A program made the position numbers and the translations under genes. This document shows positions 62,843-64,000 of a DNA stretch of 64,000 nucleotides, one piece after another. Every line of letters begins with the position of its first letter. The first letter of the stretch is position 1. The notes below the pieces were generated by a model that saw only the letters and a program-made list of their open reading frames with translations, did not search any database and had not been told where the DNA came from. The stretch comes from Heterodontus francisci (Eukaryota): NCBI RefSeq assembly GCF_036365525.1, contig NW_027140453.1, forward strand, positions 744,001 through 808,000, read 5' to 3'.

Positions 62843-63165
62843 AGTTTATGCCGTGTTTCCTTGCATTCTAGTTACACTGTGTGTGTACTTGTGAGCCGCG
62901 CAGTAGTAAGTGATGTTGTCTTGTGCACGGGAGCTTTTCAAGGACAGAGTCAAAGTGTTGGCTTGAGTCTCGTGCTGGGTTTCAATCCTTTTCCTGCATT
63001 TAGATGCAGAAAGTACACTCTATCTAATCCATTCCAGGCAGTCACCAATCTGCAAGTACCAGTCCATACCAGTCATGTTGCCCTGCCCAATACTGCTGTG
63101 GAACGTGGTTACCTCCCCAGGAACCAGGGCGTTGGCCGCCGGGGACTGGAGAACCATCTAACATC
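62843..63165 (-). pseudogene. Degenerate TCR V pseudogene, duplicate of the 57.1-kb one
   Basis: VLQSPAA..DWYLQIGDCLEWIR*..QDNITYYCAAHK. CACAGTG 62881-62875 / 23 / GCATAAACT. Confidence 0.8.
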
Positions 63166-63704
63166 TGACAAGATTCTTCACACAGGATGGCAGATCAATG
63201 GGGAGAGAACGATAGAGGGTTACAGGGAGGGACAGAGGCAAAAGCAGAAGAAAGGGATTAAGAAGGAGACAAAATAATTTCCTCCAGTCACGCTGCTGCC
63301 TTCACACTTCTATTTGCTCGACAGGTTAAGCCCAATTATAAATCAGATTTATTACATTGATAAAACTATAAATGTGCCAAACCCGGAAGGATGAACACAA
63401 ACCAGCTCAGTCTGCATCTGAGAAAGAGGAAAATTGGTAATGTTTAAGGATGATACTCTGTTAAAAGAATCCTAAATGCTGTTCAGATCAAGGAACAGTA
63501 AATTATTTCAGTTTGGTTGACGAGCTGATGATGTATAACAATGCATAAAGTAACTATTACGAACATTAATTTCATCAACAGTGGTACCAAATGGGGATAG
63601 TGGTGTTTCCTGTCTTAAAGGTGGAAAGCAGGAATATGGAATGGCAAGGAATCATGACCAGTATCTCCGAATAACACTTCAGTATCTTCTGTCAGCAGAT
63701 CTCT

Positions 63705-64000
63705 AACTAGTTTGGTTTAGTTTAGAGATAGAGCACTGAAACAGGCCCTTCTGCCCACCGAGGCTGTGCCGACCATCAACCACCCATTTATACGAATCCG
63801 ATACTAATTCCATATTCCTACCACATTCCCACCTGTCCCTATATTCCCCTACCACCTACCTATACAAGGGGCAAATATATAATGGCCAATTAACCTATCA
63901 ACCAGCAAGTCTTTGGCATGTGGGAGGAAACCGGAGCACCCGGAGGAAACCCACGCAGACACAGGGAGAACTTGCAAACTCCACACAGGCAGTACCCAGA
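63705..64000 (-). mobile_element. SINE, same family as 58909-59230, runs off the window end
   Basis: Reverse complement of the same core and tail. Confidence 0.85.

Noticed and set aside
4494-63165. IgH/IgL cluster, NAR or D/J segments
   Set aside because: No 12-RSS, no FGxG/WGxG J motif and no C exon were found. Tandem Vs with 23-RSS and TRBV-like motifs fit a translocon TCR V array rather than shark Ig clusters.

Overview
Vertebrate genomic DNA, most likely a cartilaginous fish, judged from the CR1/SINE/minisatellite content and V-gene style; the species cannot be determined. The window lies inside a germline T-cell receptor V-gene array, most likely TCR-beta. I count 17 V segments or relics, all on the minus strand, each followed by a 23-bp-spacer RSS. 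Eight look functional (leader exon + intron + open V exon + RSS); the rest are one ORF and eight pseudogenes or relics, in about 5 families. No D, J or C segment is visible. Embedded on the opposite (+) strand is an intact two-coding-exon, 247-aa gene (44327-44424 + 45724-46369) encoding a signal peptide plus an AID/APOBEC-like zinc-deaminase domain resembling the secreted SNAD family, with CxE in place of HxE. Two minisatellites (19.2-19.55 kb and 52.0-53.1 kb) look like tandemly amplified CTCF motifs of opposite orientation, each just downstream of a V RSS. The rest is two young near-intact CR1 LINEs, older LINE/SINE fragments, micro/minisatellites and two N gaps. All assignments come from reading the sequence and recalled family motifs; no database search was run.
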